Assembly (NCBI GenBank): GCA_034520565.1
Contig: JAXHNL010000002.1
Span: 832,001-896,000, forward strand
Source: Halodesulfurarchaeum sp.
GTDB lineage: Archaea; Halobacteriota; Halobacteria; Halobacteriales; Halobacteriaceae
Reading direction: 5' to 3'
DNA length: 64,000 bases
Below the pieces are notes generated by a model. The model worked only from the letters and a program-made list of their open reading frames with translations, did no database searches and had not been told where the DNA came from. Position numbers and translations under genes: made by a program. Of this stretch, positions 7,176 to 17,560 are shown piece after piece. Every line of letters starts with the position of its first letter. Within the stretch, counting starts at the first letter, position 1.

Positions 7176-9794
7176 ATGACCGGGATCGTCGAGGAGTATC
7201 TCGCACTCGTCGAGGAAGCGGACGCGGACCTGGTCGCCATGCAGGTCGGGGACTTCTACGAGTTCTTCGCCGAGAACGCCGAGACGGTCGCGGAGGAGCT
7301 GGATCTGACCGTCTCCCAGAAGTCCAGCCACGGCTCGAATTTTCCGATGGCCGGGGTTCCCGTCTCGGAACTCACGCCCTATCTGAAGACCCTGGTCGAG
7401 CGGGGCTATCGCGTCGCGGTCGCGGACCAGCACGAGACCGACTCCGGGCACGCCCGGTCGATCACCCGGGTGGTGACGCCGGGGACCCTGCTTGACACCG
7501 TCGACGCGGCCGCCCAGTACCTCGGGACCGTGGTGGAGGGAAGCGCTGACGCCTACGGCCTGGCGTTCGTGGACGTGACGACCGGCCGCTTCCACGTCAC
7601 GCAGGTGTCGAGCCTCGAGGACGCGCTCACCGAGGTCTACCGCTTCGATCCGGTCGAACTCCTCCCGGGGCCGACGCTCCGGGACGCCGACCGGTTCGAC
7701 GCCTTCCGCGACCGGACCGACGCGACTGTGACCGAACACGATCCCGGGGCCTTCGAACCGGGTCGGGCCACTCACACGCTCCGGGAGCAGTTCGGCGACG
7801 GGGCGCTCCGGAGTTTGGGGATCGAGCCGGAGAGTCCGGCCGTCCAGGCCGCCGGAGCCGCGCTCTCCTATGTGGACTCGACGGGCCTGGGCGTCACGCG
7901 CTCGTTCACTCGCCTGCAGCCCTACCGGGCCGACGACCACGTCGAACTCGACGCGACCACGCAGCGCAACCTCGAATTGACCGAGACGATGCAGGGAGAC
8001 AGCGCGGGGTCGCTCTTCGACACGATCGATCACACCGTGACAGCAGCCGGGGCCCGCCTGCTTCGCGAGTGGCTCCAGCGTCCCCGCCAAGCCAGGGATG
8101 ACCTCGAAACCCGTCACGACGCCGTCGAGGTCCTCACCCGGCAGGCACTCACCCGCGATTCGATTCAGGCGACCCTCGACGGGACGCTCGATCTCGAACG
8201 CCTCGCGGGTAAGGTCGCCCACGGCACCGCCGACGCCAGGGATCTCAAAGCCGTCGGCGAGACGCTTTCGGTGCTCCCGTCGCTCGTCGAAACGGCACGC
8301 GGCGATCCCGAGGTTGCTTCCTCGCCGATTGCAAATGCGCTCGAATCCCCCGACTTGGAGGCCGTCAGGGAACTGATCGCCGAACTCGACGGGGCGATCG
8401 CCGAGGAACCGCCGAAAACCGTCCGCGAAGGCGGCCTTTTCACACGTGGGTACGACGACCGACTCGACGACCTCCTGACCGAGTACGAGGAAGCCATCGA
8501 GTGGATCGACTCGCTCGCCGACCGGGAAAAGCGCCGGCTCGGGATCACGCACCTCCAGACGGGGCGCAACCAGACCGACGGCTACTACCTCCAGGTCGGG
8601 CGCTCGGAGACCGATTCGGTCCCCGAGGAGTACCGGGAGATCAAGGCGCTCAAGAACTCCAAGCGGTACACGACCGACGCTCTCGAGGAACGGGAGCGGG
8701 CGATCCTCCGCCTCGAGGAACAGCGTGGCGAACTCGAGTACGCCCTCTTCGAGGACCTCCGTGATCGGGTCGCCGAACGCACCGACCTCCTCCGGGAGGT
8801 CGGCGGTGCGCTCGCCGAGGTCGACGTGTACGCGAGCCTGGCGACCCACGCCGTTCGGAACGATTGGACCCGGCCCGAACTCGCGGAATCGGGGATCGAG
8901 ATCGAGGCCGGCCGGCACCCGGTCGTCGAGAAAACGACCGAGTTCGTCCCGAACGACGCGAACCTGTCGGCTACCCGCCGTCTGCAGATCGTCACGGGAC
9001 CGAACATGTCGGGGAAGTCGACGTATCTGCGGCAGACGGCCCTGATCGTGTTGCTCGCCCAGATGGGGAGCTTCGTGCCGGCGGATTCGGCCCGGCTCGG
9101 CCTCGTCGACGGCATTTACACCCGCGTCGGCGCGCTGGACGAACTCGCCCAGGGTCGTTCGACGTTCATGGTCGAGATGCAGGAGCTCTCGAACATCCTG
9201 CACTCCGCGACCGAAGACTCGCTCGTGATCCTCGACGAAGTCGGCCGGGGGACCGCGACCTACGACGGCATCTCGATCGCCTGGGCCGCGACCGAGTACC
9301 TCCACAACGAGGTTCGGGCGAAGACGCTCTTTGCCACCCACTACCACGAACTGACCACGCTCGCCGACCACCTCGAAGGCGTCGTGAACGTTCACGTCGC
9401 CGCCGAGGAGCGCGACGGCACCGTCACCTTCCTCCGGACGGTTCGCGAGGGCGCTGCTGACCGGAGTTACGGGATTCACGTCGCGGAACTGGCCGGCGTT
9501 CCGGATCCCGTGGTTTCCCGCGCGGACGTCGTCCTCGAAAAACTTCGGGCCGAAAAGGCGATCGAAGCCCGGGGCGGCGGGGGCGAGCCAATCCAGGCCG
9601 TCTTCGACGTGGGGTCGGGGGAGTTCGTCGCCGAGAACGAGGGAGCGAGTGAAATCGAGGCCGCCGATCCCCTCGATCCGGAATCCGAAGCGATTCTCGC
9701 GGAACTCGGGTCCCTGCCGCTCGCCGAAATGACACCCGTCGAGGTCCTCACCGAGGTGCAAGCCTGGCAGGAACGGCTCGGGGGTGAACCATGA
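7176..9794 (+). CDS. mutS: DNA mismatch repair protein MutS
   Basis: QVGDFYEFF mismatch-binding motif, TGPNMSGKST Walker A, STFMVEM, DEVGRGT, SYGIHVA. Confidence 0.97.
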   Translation: MTGIVEEYLALVEEADADLVAMQVGDFYEFFAENAETVAEELDLTVSQKSSHGSNFPMAGVPVSELTPYLKTLVERGYRVAVADQHETDSGHARSITRVVTPGTLLDTVDAAAQYLGTVVEGSADAYGLAFVDVTTGRFHVTQVSSLEDALTEVYRFDPVELLPGPTLRDADRFDAFRDRTDATVTEHDPGAFEPGRATHTLREQFGDGALRSLGIEPESPAVQAAGAALSYVDSTGLGVTRSFTRLQPYRADDHVELDATTQRNLELTETMQGDSAGSLFDTIDHTVTAAGARLLREWLQRPRQARDDLETRHDAVEVLTRQALTRDSIQATLDGTLDLERLAGKVAHGTADARDLKAVGETLSVLPSLVETARGDPEVASSPIANALESPDLEAVRELIAELDGAIAEEPPKTVREGGLFTRGYDDRLDDLLTEYEEAIEWIDSLADREKRRLGITHLQTGRNQTDGYYLQVGRSETDSVPEEYREIKALKNSKRYTTDALEERERAILRLEEQRGELEYALFEDLRDRVAERTDLLREVGGALAEVDVYASLATHAVRNDWTRPELAESGIEIEAGRHPVVEKTTEFVPNDANLSATRRLQIVTGPNMSGKSTYLRQTALIVLLAQMGSFVPADSARLGLVDGIYTRVGALDELAQGRSTFMVEMQELSNILHSATEDSLVILDEVGRGTATYDGISIAWAATEYLHNEVRAKTLFATHYHELTTLADHLEGVVNVHVAAEERDGTVTFLRTVREGAADRSYGIHVAELAGVPDPVVSRADVVLEKLRAEKAIEARGGGGEPIQAVFDVGSGEFVAENEGASEIEAADPLDPESEAILAELGSLPLAEMTPVEVLTEVQAWQERLGGEP

Positions 9795-11809
9795 CCGAGA
9801 TCACCAGACTCGACGATGCGACCATTTCGAAAATCGCAGCGGGGGAGGTCGTCGAGCGCCCGGCGTCCGTCGTGAAAGAACTCGTGGAGAACAGTCTCGA
9901 CGCGGGCGCAACGCGTATCGACGTGACCGTGGCGGCTGGCGGGACCGACCTGATCCGGGTCGAAGACGACGGCCAGGGAATGACCGAGGACGACGTGAAA
10001 CGGGCGGTCGAGCAACACACCACGAGCAAGATCGGATCCATAGAGGACCTCGAGACGGGTGTTGCCACCCTCGGATTTCGGGGCGAGGCCCTGCACACGA
10101 TCGGGGCGGTCTCCCGGATGACCATCGAAACCAGACCGCAGAACGGGCCGGACGTGGGAACGGAGGTCCGGGTCGAAGGTGGCGACGTGACTGACGTCGC
10201 GCCAGTGGGCCGGGCACCGGGAACGACGGTGCGGGCCGCGGACCTCTTCTACAACACGCCGGCCCGCCGGAAGTATCTCAAGCGCGACGCGACGGAGTTC
10301 GCCCACGTGAACCGCGTGGTGTCCCGATACGCGCTCGCGAATCCGGCCGTCGCCATCTCGCTCACCCACGGGGACAACGAGGTCTTCGCTACGGCCGGGA
10401 CTGGCGACCTGCAGGGGGCGGTGCTCTCGGTCTACGGTCGGGACGTCGCCGAGAGCATGATCGGAGTCTCGGCGGACCCAGCCGGGCCGGTTGCGTCGGT
10501 CTCGGGGCTCGTGAGCGACCCGGAAACGACCCGCAGCGGGGCCGAGTACGTCTCGACGTACGTTAACGGCCGCTACGTCAGGGCAGAATCACTTCGCTCG
10601 GCCATCCTGGAGGCCTACGGCAAACAACTCGCGGGCGATCGGTACCCCTTCGCGGTGTTGTTCCTCGAGGTCCCGCCCGAAACGGTCGACGTGAACGTCC
10701 ATCCCCGGAAGATGGCCGTCCGTTTTGACGACGAGGAGGCCGTGACGGAGGCGGTCACGGAGGCGGTCCGCTCGGCACTGCTGGATCACGGCCTCCTGCG
10801 GTCCGGCGCTCCTCGGGGCCGGTCCGCGCCCGGCGAAACGGCCGTGCGTCCCGAAGCCCAAACGGCGGACTCGGCCGACGAGGATGCCACCGCCGAACCC
10901 GAGCAGGCCGGCACGGGGGCGTCGGTCGACAACGAAGCCGGATCGGACTCGGTCCCGCCTGAGTCGTCCAGTGACCATCCGGGGAGCCCTGAGCGGGGCG
11001 ACACAACGTCCGCGGAGTCCGGTTCGCGGATGCGGGATATCGACCGAGGTCGCTCCACGGCTTCGACCACTTCCGAATCGCCGGAAAGCGCCGAGCCCCC
11101 ATCCAGGCACTCGATTCTCGACCGGCCAGGAATCGACCTCGACCCGCTGCAGACTGACCTGTCCGCCGACTCCGGAGACGAGGCGGCGATCGCGGACGTG
11201 GAGACCGATCGGTTGCCCCCGCTTCGGATCCTGGGCCAACTCGATGACACCTACGTCGTGGCCGAATCGCCGGACGGGCTGGTCCTCATCGACCAACACG
11301 CCGCGGACGAGCGGGTGAACTACGAACGCCTGCAGGCGAAACTCGGCGAGGGGACCGGGACCCAGCGGCTCGTCGACCCCGTCGAACTGTCGGTCACGCC
11401 GCAGGAAGCCAGCCAGTTCGAGGCTGTCGACGAGTTCGAAACGTGGGGATTCGAAGCCTCGGTCGAGGACGGTTGGCTGGTCGTCACTGGTGTCCCGGCC
11501 GTGTTCGACGCGACGCTGTCGCCCGAACTGCTCCGGGACGTCCTCGGCTCGGCACTCGATTCCGGCGGTTCGGACGACCTCGAATCGGCTGCGGACGCCC
11601 TGCTCGGCGACATGGCCTGTTACCCCTCGATCACCGGCAACACGTCACTCACCGAGGGATCCATCGTGGACCTCGTCCGGGCCCTCGATTCCTGTGAGAA
11701 CCCATACGCCTGTCCGCACGGCCGACCGACGATCATCGAACTCTCGATTGGCGAACTCGAGGACCGGTTCGAACGGGACTATCCCGGCCACGAACACCGA
11801 CGTCCCTGA
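9791..11809 (+). CDS. mutL: DNA mismatch repair endonuclease MutL
   Basis: IAAGEVVERPASVVKELVENSLDA, GFRGEAL, DQHAADER, CPHGRP; ATGA overlap with mutS. Confidence 0.97.
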   Translation: MTEITRLDDATISKIAAGEVVERPASVVKELVENSLDAGATRIDVTVAAGGTDLIRVEDDGQGMTEDDVKRAVEQHTTSKIGSIEDLETGVATLGFRGEALHTIGAVSRMTIETRPQNGPDVGTEVRVEGGDVTDVAPVGRAPGTTVRAADLFYNTPARRKYLKRDATEFAHVNRVVSRYALANPAVAISLTHGDNEVFATAGTGDLQGAVLSVYGRDVAESMIGVSADPAGPVASVSGLVSDPETTRSGAEYVSTYVNGRYVRAESLRSAILEAYGKQLAGDRYPFAVLFLEVPPETVDVNVHPRKMAVRFDDEEAVTEAVTEAVRSALLDHGLLRSGAPRGRSAPGETAVRPEAQTADSADEDATAEPEQAGTGASVDNEAGSDSVPPESSSDHPGSPERGDTTSAESGSRMRDIDRGRSTASTTSESPESAEPPSRHSILDRPGIDLDPLQTDLSADSGDEAAIADVETDRLPPLRILGQLDDTYVVAESPDGLVLIDQHAADERVNYERLQAKLGEGTGTQRLVDPVELSVTPQEASQFEAVDEFETWGFEASVEDGWLVVTGVPAVFDATLSPELLRDVLGSALDSGGSDDLESAADALLGDMACYPSITGNTSLTEGSIVDLVRALDSCENPYACPHGRPTIIELSIGELEDRFERDYPGHEHRRP

Positions 11810-11834
11810 CTGCCGTCGCCGGTTGGGCCGTCTC

Positions 11835-12647
11835 TCACTCGATCGAAAACGGGTGGACGTAGTCGATCTCGTCGATCGACTCGATCTCGTCATCCGCGCT
11901 GCAGACCGGGCAGTCGGGATTCTGGCTGACTGGAACCTCGTCGGTGGTCATGTCCTCGCCGTCGTAGACGAGGAGTCGACCGTCGAGTGACTCGCCGAAT
12001 CCGACGATCACCTTGAGGGCCTCGGTGGCTTCGATCGTGCCGATCGTTCCGGGCAGCGGGCTCAGGACGCCGTTGACCTCGCAATCGGGGGTCGCCTCCT
12101 CGGGCGGGGCTTCGGCGAAGAGACACCGATAGCACGGGCCGTCATCCTCGGTCCCGAAGGTCGACACCTGCCCCTCGAGACGGTACACCGCGCCGTGGAC
12201 GAAGGGCACGTCGTTGAGCGTACAGGCGTCGTTGATGAGATACCGGGCCCGGAAGTTGTCGGTGCAGTCCACGACCAGGTCTCGGTCCTCCACGAGCGAT
12301 TCGGCGTTCTCGGGACCGAATTCGACCTGGTGGGGGACCACGTCGACCTCGCTGTTGAGCCCCTCGACGAACTCGCGGGCGCTCTCGACTTTCGCCCGCC
12401 CGATGTCGGCCTCCGTGTGGATCACCTGGCGCTGGAGGTTCGAGTTTTCGAGTACGTCCGGGTCGACGACGTGCAGCGTGTCGACGCCGGCAGCCGCGAG
12501 GTAGGATACCACCGGCGACCCGAGTCCACCCGCCCCCACCACGAGAACGTCGGCTTTGCCGATTCGTTCCTGTCCGGCGCCGCCAACGACGTCGATGGAG
12601 AGGTGGCGGGCGTACCGGTACTCGCGGGCCCCGTCGTTGTGACTCAT
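11835..12647 (-). CDS. ubaA: HesA/MoeB/ThiF family E1-like enzyme (SAMP-activating UbaA-like)
   Basis: RYARH, GAGGLG, SNLQRQ, DCTDNF, CYRC and CPVC zinc motifs. Confidence 0.85.
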   Translation of the reverse strand: MSHNDGAREYRYARHLSIDVVGGAGQERIGKADVLVVGAGGLGSPVVSYLAAAGVDTLHVVDPDVLENSNLQRQVIHTEADIGRAKVESAREFVEGLNSEVDVVPHQVEFGPENAESLVEDRDLVVDCTDNFRARYLINDACTLNDVPFVHGAVYRLEGQVSTFGTEDDGPCYRCLFAEAPPEEATPDCEVNGVLSPLPGTIGTIEATEALKVIVGFGESLDGRLLVYDGEDMTTDEVPVSQNPDCPVCSADDEIESIDEIDYVHPFSIE

Positions 12648-12757
12648 TGGGCTCGGATTCGAGTTCGGGCCTCAAAACACTTCCCAGCGCTATCGCTGGA
12701 GTGTCGAGTGCCCGAAAGAATCGGGTAGTCAGAAACGATACCTGAGAGAACGGAGTC

Positions 12758-12952
12758 TTAGACTCGCTCGAGGTTGACCGCGCGCGGACCCTTGGGGGCC
12801 TGGTCGATTTCGAATTCGACATCCTGGCCCTCTTCGAGGTCCTCTCCGCCGACATCTTCCATGTGGAAGAAAACGTCCTCGTCTGCGTCGTCGCTCTCGA
12901 TGAAACCGTAACCCTTCCGCGTGTGGAAGAAGTCGACCGTACCTGTTGCCAT
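12758..12952 (-). CDS. cspA: Cold-shock protein
   Basis: MATGTVDFF…GYGFI…DVFFH…KGPRA, 64 aa. Confidence 0.93.
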   Translation of the reverse strand: MATGTVDFFHTRKGYGFIESDDADEDVFFHMEDVGGEDLEEGQDVEFEIDQAPKGPRAVNLERV

Positions 12953-13070
12953 TGCATTCATCCGAAGTGCCGGGACAGGGATAAGGCTTCCCCGATAGCG
13001 CCTGCCACGGTGACAGCCACCACGTCTGGTGCCCGGCGGCACCGGGTCCGCCCCTCGGATCCCGTTTTTC

Positions 13071-16000
13071 TCACGTTTCCAGCGCGTCGGCCAGCAATTC
13101 CACGGGATGGGGTGGCTGTGTCGCTGCAACGGGGCTGTCGGCGAACTGCGTGCGACACGACCCGCCCGGCGCGACCAGGATGTCCCCCTCGCTCGCGGGG
13201 ACCTGCTCGAAAACGTTTCGCCCGATGGCCATGCTCAACGAGTGATGTTCGGCCTCGTAGCCGAAGGTTCCGGCCATCCCACAGCAGCCCGAATCGAGTT
13301 CGTCGACGGAGAATCCGGCTGCCGACAGGACGCTCGCGGCGTGATGGTCGGTCCCCTCGGCCTTCTGGTGGCAATGGCCGTGGTAGGTAACCGTCTCGCC
13401 CCGACTGTCGAGAGGCAACTGCTCTGCCAGTTCAAAGGTGTCGAGGAACTCCATGGTTCCGTAGGTATTGTCCGCGAGCCGCGAGATCTGCTCCCCGGAG
13501 AGCAGATCCAGGTAATCGTGCTGGAACATGACCGCGTCCGACGGTTCGGTGGTGACGACCGACCAGCCGTCCCGGACCATGGGTTCGAGCGCTGTAACGT
13601 TCTCTTGGGCCGTCTGCCGGGCCACGTCGATGAAGGACTTCGAGTAGGCCGGACGGCCGCTGTCCGATGTTTCGGCCATGGCGACGTGGGCGCCGGCGGC
13701 CTCCAGGACCTCGACAGTGGCTTTCCCGACTGACTGTCGGGCGTAATTCGTGTACGTGTCCGGGAAGACGACGACCCGGTGGTCGGCCTCGTCGGCTGGA
13801 ACCCGGCTGCCCCCACGCCGCTCGAACCAGGTCTGGAGCGACTGGCCCTGGAACCGTGGGAGGGATCGTTCGCTCGCGATGCCGAGCGTGCTTTCGAGGA
13901 GCCGATCGAGACCGGGGAGCTCCATGGCGAGTGTCGAAATCGGCGACAGCGTGGATGCAATCTCGGCAAGCCTGTCGACGTTGGCGAAGAGCTTCGAGCG
14001 AAGATTGGCCCCGTCCCGCTGGTGATGTTCGTGGAGCAACTCGGCCTTGAGTTTGGCCATGTCCACCCCGGAGGGGCAGTCGCGACGACACCCCTGACAG
14101 GAGACACAGAGCGAGAGCACCTCCTCGATGAATTCCGCCTCGAGGGGGTCGGCCGGCAGGTTTCCGTCCATCGCGCTCCGGAGCAGGTTCGCCCGACCGC
14201 GAGTACTCTGGATCTCCTCTCCCGTCGCCCGGTAGGTCGGACACATGACCCCGCCAGTGGTTTCCGTGTAGCCGGTACAGCCACCACAGCCGTGACAGAG
14301 CTCGACCATCCCACGCATGCCGTTCTCGTTTTCCCAGTCGAGCTCGGGCTCGAAAGGCAACTCGAGGTCATAGCCTGGGCCGAATCGTAGATTCGCTGTC
14401 ATGTCCGGGGCTCCCGACTTCGCACCGCCGACCGGGCCCGGATTCAGCAGCCAGTCGGGGTCGACGCTCCGCTTGAGCGAGCGGAAAATCGTCCACAGTT
14501 CCTTCCCGTACCGTTTCTCGTTCCACTGGGTTCGGGCTCGTCCATCGCCGTGTTCGCCGGAGACGGCCCCATCGTATTCGAGCACCAGGTCCGTGATCGC
14601 CGACGCGATCGACGCCATGGAATCGACGCCGTCCTGGGTCTGCAGATCGAGAAACGGCCGGATGTGGAGGACGCCCGGGCCCGCGTGTGCGTAGAAGGTC
14701 GCGTCGGTGCTCTCGGCCGCGAGCAGGTCCTGCACCCGTTCGACGAATTCCGGCAGGTGCTCGACCGGAATCGCCGCGTCCTCGACGAAGGGCCAGGGTC
14801 TGACCGTCCCCGTTTGGGAAAGCAGAATCGGCAATCCGGCCTTCCGGAGGTCCCAGAAGGCGGTCTGTCGGTCCTCGCTCGACGCCTCGAGCGCCCCGTT
14901 TGCCCGCCCCGTCTGGTCACCCGATTCGCCCGCAGAGCCCTCCACGACCCGGTCATCGATGAGGGCCGCGACCGCACCCTCGACGGCGGCCTTCGAGTCC
15001 CCGTCGAACTCCACGAGTAGCGTCGCCCCTGTCTCCGGCGGGAACTCGTCGATGAGCGACTCGAACCGGTCGACCGTGCCGGCCAACTCGAGAAAGCGCT
15101 CGTCCATGACCTCGAGGGCGGCGGGATCGTGGGCGAGGACGGCTTCGAGGTCACGCAGAGCTCCGTCGAGGGTCTCGTAGGTGAGCAGGGCGACCGCCGT
15201 CGCCTCGGGGACCGGTTCGAGCGAGACCGTCGCTTCAGTGATCACGCCGAGTGTCCCCTCGCTTCCGGCGAACAGTCGGGCGACGTTGACACGCCCTTCG
15301 GTTTCGGCCTCTTCGACGAGCACGTCGAGGTTGTATCCCGAAACGTTTCGGTGCAGGTCGGGAAACCGCTCCGTGACCAGATCGTCGTGCTCGGAAAGAA
15401 CGGTGTGGATCTCCGCGTAGAATCGGGCCTCGCAGTCGCCGTCCGGGTTGGCGGCCGCCGCGATTTCCTCGATGGTCATCCAGCCGAACTCGACTCGCTT
15501 GCCGGAGGCGAGGACGACTTCGAGGGATTCGACGTACTTGTCCGCCTTGTCGTAGCAAAGCGAGTGAGAACCGGTTGAGTTGTTCGCGATGCAGCCCCCG
15601 AGGACGCTCTTGTCGCCCCAGGCCGGGTCGGGTGCGTACTGGAGATCGTGGGATTCGACGGCGGCGTTCAGTTCGGCGAGCGTGACCCCCGGCTGGGCCC
15701 GGACGGTTGCTCGGTCCGGGTCGACTTCGACGACGTCGTTCATCCGGGCTTTGAAGTCGAGGACGAGCGCCTCGTTCGTGGTCTGCCCGGCAAGGCTGGT
15801 CCCGGCCCCTCGAGGGAGAACGGCGATGTCGTGCTCGTTGCAGTACTCGAGTACGGCAACCACGTCGCCCGTATCGACGGGTTTGACGACGCCGATCGGC
15901 TCGACCTGATAGATACTTGCGTCGGTCGCGTAGAGCTGTCTCGTGTACTCGTCGAACCGCACTTCGCCGGCGACTCGCCGGTCGAGGGCGGTGGCGAGAT

Positions 16001-16088
16001 CCGGCCGATCGATCGTCCCGCCTCGATAGTCGTAGGTGGCCCGTTCGTCCCCGGCGGGGTCGCTCCCGTCGCCGGACGCCTCAGTCAT
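13071..16088 (-). CDS. FAD-linked oxidase/4Fe-4S/CCG-domain fusion protein (GlcD-GlcF-like 2-hydroxyacid dehydrogenase)
   Basis: PRGAGTSLAGQ, GSEGTLG, SGEHGDG, CHGCGGC and CVSCQGC…CP ferredoxin motifs, HGHCH and CCGMAG. Confidence 0.9.
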   Translation of the reverse strand: MTEASGDGSDPAGDERATYDYRGGTIDRPDLATALDRRVAGEVRFDEYTRQLYATDASIYQVEPIGVVKPVDTGDVVAVLEYCNEHDIAVLPRGAGTSLAGQTTNEALVLDFKARMNDVVEVDPDRATVRAQPGVTLAELNAAVESHDLQYAPDPAWGDKSVLGGCIANNSTGSHSLCYDKADKYVESLEVVLASGKRVEFGWMTIEEIAAAANPDGDCEARFYAEIHTVLSEHDDLVTERFPDLHRNVSGYNLDVLVEEAETEGRVNVARLFAGSEGTLGVITEATVSLEPVPEATAVALLTYETLDGALRDLEAVLAHDPAALEVMDERFLELAGTVDRFESLIDEFPPETGATLLVEFDGDSKAAVEGAVAALIDDRVVEGSAGESGDQTGRANGALEASSEDRQTAFWDLRKAGLPILLSQTGTVRPWPFVEDAAIPVEHLPEFVERVQDLLAAESTDATFYAHAGPGVLHIRPFLDLQTQDGVDSMASIASAITDLVLEYDGAVSGEHGDGRARTQWNEKRYGKELWTIFRSLKRSVDPDWLLNPGPVGGAKSGAPDMTANLRFGPGYDLELPFEPELDWENENGMRGMVELCHGCGGCTGYTETTGGVMCPTYRATGEEIQSTRGRANLLRSAMDGNLPADPLEAEFIEEVLSLCVSCQGCRRDCPSGVDMAKLKAELLHEHHQRDGANLRSKLFANVDRLAEIASTLSPISTLAMELPGLDRLLESTLGIASERSLPRFQGQSLQTWFERRGGSRVPADEADHRVVVFPDTYTNYARQSVGKATVEVLEAAGAHVAMAETSDSGRPAYSKSFIDVARQTAQENVTALEPMVRDGWSVVTTEPSDAVMFQHDYLDLLSGEQISRLADNTYGTMEFLDTFELAEQLPLDSRGETVTYHGHCHQKAEGTDHHAASVLSAAGFSVDELDSGCCGMAGTFGYEAEHHSLSMAIGRNVFEQVPASEGDILVAPGGSCRTQFADSPVAATQPPHPVELLADALET

Positions 16089-16148
16089 GCCCGTCGGTTT
16101 CGATGCCGGCATTGTAAAGCCGCCGGCGACGGGGGGCCACTCCCCCGA

Positions 16149-16571
16149 TCAGTGACCACTCCCGGCCAGATCGTCGACGGGAACCACCGAGTGGTCGAGC
16201 AAGAGCGTGTCCTGGGTGGCCCGCAGCCGGCCGATGAACTCGGAAATCGTCTCGAGATCGCCCTCCAGGACGAACAGCTCCATACACCGGTGATCGCCCA
16301 CGTGGCTGTGGAGGTTCGAGGCGACGAGATCCTCGTACTCGTGGCGGAGGTCGATGAGCGACTCCTCGACGTCGGTCGTCTCGTAGTCGAAGAGTACGGT
16401 GACCACGCCCATGAGATCCCGGTCTTCGAGCCGCTGATCGTCGAATTCCCCCATGAGCGTGCGACTCGCCTCTCTGAGTACCTCGCTCCGGCCGGTGAAC
16501 CCGTGTTCCTCGGCGAACTGGTCGAGGCGCTCGAGGAGGGAATCCGGCATCGAAATGCTGACGACGGCCAT
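16149..16571 (-). CDS. nikR: NikR-family nickel-responsive RHH regulator
   Basis: VVSISMP beta-ribbon, GRSEVLREA, metal site HEY…LHSH…CMELF. Confidence 0.85.
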   Translation of the reverse strand: MAVVSISMPDSLLERLDQFAEEHGFTGRSEVLREASRTLMGEFDDQRLEDRDLMGVVTVLFDYETTDVEESLIDLRHEYEDLVASNLHSHVGDHRCMELFVLEGDLETISEFIGRLRATQDTLLLDHSVVPVDDLAGSGH

Positions 16572-16699
16572 ATATTAACTTCGGGCCCCGTTCTTCATAA
16601 CATTGCATGTTCGGCATCGAGTTCCGGATCCGGTCCCGAAGCGGTGTGACGTCTGCCGTGGCCGCATCACTTAATTGGATCGCCGAGAAGTGATTTCAC

Positions 16700-16900
16700 A
16701 TGAGTGAATCCGCGACAGGTACCGGGACGCTTCCGGGATCCAGTGTGCAAACGATCGGCGGGGTGCTTCTGGCACTCGGTTTTGTCGTGTCACTATTGGC
16801 CTTCGCCAGTGGTGATTTCATCACTGGCGGCATGGTATTGCTCTACATACCTGTCGGGTATCTGTTGTTCAGTATCGGTCGGGGGCGGGATCTGGTCTGA
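16700..16900 (+). CDS. Small 2-TM hypothetical protein
   Basis: 66-aa ORF with two hydrophobic helices; TATA-like ttaatt about 28 nt upstream. Confidence 0.65.
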   Translation: MSESATGTGTLPGSSVQTIGGVLLALGFVVSLLAFASGDFITGGMVLLYIPVGYLLFSIGRGRDLV

Positions 16901-16981
16901 TTGAGGCCGCTTACGCCGAGGTGTGCCGACCAGCATTTACCATCAGTTATTAAATAGGTGGCCAGTGTTGAGGGGTGTGTA

Positions 16982-17524
16982 ATGTCTCACATACTCGACT
17001 GGCCGATTTCACACGAGTCTGCCAGTGACGATGCGAGTACCATCGACGTCTCTCGTCGGCGACTGTTGCAGGGTTCCGCTCTCGTGGGTGCCACGGTTCT
17101 CGCCACCGGGACGGCCGCGGCTGAAGACGAGGATGAACCGGGCGGTGAGGGTGGTCGAGGCGGGCAGGCGGTGGTTGCGAAAGAAGACCACTTCGACAAA
17201 TCCTTCGAAATTCTGGAATGGACCGAGCCAATGTCAGTTCCCGATGAGGATGGTGGGACGATTGATCTCCCTTATAGTGTGAGAAAGTTCACTTGTGACC
17301 GACCCGGGGAGGGAATCACTCTGGTTGGCTGGCGCTTCCGATGTTGACGACGATCCGAGTACAATCCCGACGAAGACGATCCGGAGTTCAAAGTGATGTA
17401 TACCCGTGACAATCGAATCGATACGACTGTCAATTACGAATGGTCTTCGGGGGGCCTAACGTGTCCAGAACCCGATGGGACGTATCTTCAGAAGGGATAC
17501 GTCGCCGGCGGGTCACGACAGTAG
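16982..17524 (+). CDS. Tat-secreted hypothetical protein interrupted by an in-frame TGA (17345-17347)
   Basis: SRRRLLQGSALVGATVLATGTAAA twin-arginine signal; the same frame continues 58 codons after the TGA with acidic sequence to TAG at 17522-17524. Confidence 0.65.
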
Positions 17525-17560
17525 CGCCGATTTGACCCACCAGACAGCCCGGAAACGGGA

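Noticed and set aside
5943-9761. 1272-aa minus-strand ORF and many similar long overlapping ORFs (e.g. 26822-28618, 30984-32813, 53391-54902)
   Set aside because: Antisense shadows of real high-GC genes (mutS, thrS, pyrG, cdc48); no motifs and non-haloarchaeal composition
10850-11200. Long low-complexity insert in MutL as a possible intein or extra domain
   Set aside because: No intein terminal motifs; it is the usual disordered linker between the ATPase and endonuclease domains
13181-13202. tgtccccctcgctcgcggggac resembles the hairpin at 46641-46666
   Set aside because: Lies in frame within the FAD/Fe-S oxidase (VPASEGD), lacks the GNA cap and any flanking duplication; probably chance in GC-rich DNA
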